Assembly (NCBI GenBank): GCA_951406725.2
Contig: OX597840.1
Location: 15,872,001-15,936,000, forward strand
From: Octopus vulgaris
Lineage: Eukaryota
Reading direction: 5' to 3'
DNA: 64,000 bases
Positions 62,454-64,000 of this stretch are shown piece after piece. The notes below the pieces were generated by a model. That model searched no databases and was not told the origin of the DNA. It saw only the letters and a list, made by a program, of their open reading frames with translations. A program made the translations under genes and the position numbers. Position 1 is the first letter of the stretch. Every line of letters begins with the position of its first letter.

Positions 62454-64000
62454 TCAAATATAAATAGTTTTGGAAAGTTTTTTCGGCCAGTGAACAGTTC
62501 TGCCTGACCTCGTAACATAAGGTCTGTTCGAGGCAGGCTGCGACGACGAAGGTGGTGTTGTCGATGTTGGTGTTGATAATGGTGCATGTGTAAATAGTGG
62601 TGTTGTCAAAGGTGCATGTGAAGGTTCAACGATGGTTGTGGCAGTGGGGTCATTAAAAGATGTGGACACCTCAAAATATGCTCTTTTAAGATGATCTATG
62701 GAGACGGTCTCCGAACGACCGTTAATTTCAAGTTTGAATACCTTCGGCGTGCGAGAAATCACACGAAAAGGTCCTTTATAAGGCGAAACAAGAGGTCCTT
62801 TGACAGAATCATCACGAATAAAAACATGCGTCCAAGAATTAAGGTCTGATGGCACACTAGAAGGAGGATTTTGGTGTCGAGGGTCCATAGGAGGAAGGGC
62901 AGAAAAATATCTGCGTAATCGAGCAACATAAGACTCTAAATTAAGAGACTGTGACTTGTCTGGCACCAACATCGTATCAGGCAATGCCAGTGTGGTACCA
63001 TACAAGAGCTCGGCAGACGAAAAACCAAGGTCTGCTTTAATCGCAGTCCGACATCCAAGCAGGACGATCGGTAGAAATTCAGTCCATGACTGTGGATTCG
63101 GCGAGGCACGCAAAGCGGCCTTAAGTTGCCTATGGAAACGCTCCACCATCCCATTAGAAGCGGGGTGGTAACTTGTGGTGCGTATATGATGCATCCCCAG
63201 GATTCGTGATAACTCACGAAACAATGCAGACTCGAATTGTCGACCACGATCTGTGGTTAAACTGTACGGTACACCATACCTCGAAATCCAATTAGATACG
63301 AAAGCCCTCGCAACAGTTTCAGCTGACATGTCTGCTATAGGAATAGCTTCCGGCCAGCGTGAAAAACGATCAATACAAGTTAAAATGTATGAGAACCCGC
63401 GACTCACAGGCCATGGTCCAACCAAATCAAGGTGGATATGACGAAAACGGGCTTCAGGAGAGGAAAATTGTCCAAGTGGAGCACGAACGTGTCTATGGAC
63501 TTTAGCACTCTGGCACCTCAAACAAGAGCGTGCCCAAGAGGTAATTGATCGTCGCATATTGGGCCAGAAAAACCGAGCAGTAACAAGCTTTACTGTGGCA
63601 GAGATACCTGGATGTGACAGTGAATGAAGAGCATCAAACACAGAACGTTGATGTTTCTCAGGTACTAATGGTCTAGGTGAACCGGTAGAAACGTCACAAA
63701 GAATAGAGCCTTCCGCTGTAGGGAGTGGAAGGTAGACAAACTTACAGTTAATAAACTTAGGCGAAGTTAAATCCAACTCCTCTAAAGGTGGTTGATCCTG
63801 CGAAATAGCAGTTAAATCAATTGCTGCAGGAGAGGAAATGGAATTGACAGGGAGTCTAGAGAGAGCATCTGCAGGGATGTTCTCACTGCCTGGCACATGC
63901 CTAATGTCACTTGTAAATTGGGAAATATAGTCCAGGTGACGGAAAGCACGAGGAGAGAGTTTATCCGTTTTAGAAGATAGTGCAAAAGTAAGGGGCTTGT
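62454..64000 (-). CDS. Ty3/Gypsy pol C-terminus (end of RNase H, integrase, GPY/F motif), partial
   Basis: Frame is open to the window edge: [66 protein letters not shown]. Confidence 0.95.
   Translation of the reverse strand, partial: KPLTFALSSKTDKLSPRAFRHLDYISQFTSDIRHVPGSENIPADALSRLPVNSISSPAAIDLTAISQDQPPLEELDLTSPKFINCKFVYLPLPTAEGSILCDVSTGSPRPLVPEKHQRSVFDALHSLSHPGISATVKLVTARFFWPNMRRSITSWARSCLRCQSAKVHRHVRAPLGQFSSPEARFRHIHLDLVGPWPVSRGFSYILTCIDRFSRWPEAIPIADMSAETVARAFVSNWISRYGVPYSLTTDRGRQFESALFRELSRILGMHHIRTTSYHPASNGMVERFHRQLKAALRASPNPQSWTEFLPIVLLGCRTAIKADLGFSSAELLYGTTLALPDTMLVPDKSQSLNLESYVARLRRYFSALPPMDPRHQNPPSSVPSDLNSWTHVFIRDDSVKGPLVSPYKGPFRVISRTPKVFKLEINGRSETVSIDHLKRAYFEVSTSFNDPTATTIVEPSHAPLTTPLFTHAPLSTPTSTTPPSSSQPASNRPYVTRSGRTVHWPKKLSKTIYI

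Overview
Repeat-dominated eukaryotic DNA, very probably Octopus or a related coleoid cephalopod. This is inferred from dense (TA)n/(CA)n microsatellites, three recurring tRNA-headed SINE families and RTE LINEs with (GAT)n tails. No host protein-coding exon is identifiable; one candidate non-coding first exon lies at about 17.1-17.4 kb. Main contents: (i) an ectopic rDNA fragment (3' part of 28S, IGS, start of 5'ETS; 7.7-16.0 kb). Its 28S is interrupted exactly at the R2 site (^TAGCCAAATG) by a 1.76-kb structured insert with no recognisable RT, and its IGS holds diverged copies of the 28S R1/R2 target region. (ii) An intact 1091-aa RTE LINE with a C4HC3 PHD finger inside its RT, preceded by a fold-back array of 360-bp monomers. 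(iii) A Tx1/L1-like ORF1-only element with a 10-bp TSD inside a SINE head. (iv) Mariner, hAT, piggyBac-like and Helitron-like DNA elements, and a Gypsy 3' end. (v) Penelope-like elements and many microsatellite-embedded palindromes. Several palindromes and PLE termini carry type-I hammerhead ribozyme motifs with a palindromic helix III, and the 3-8 core pair covaries (C3-G8, U3-A8, G3-C8). This is the strongest unexplained signal in the window. All structures were read by eye; no folding software or database search was run.
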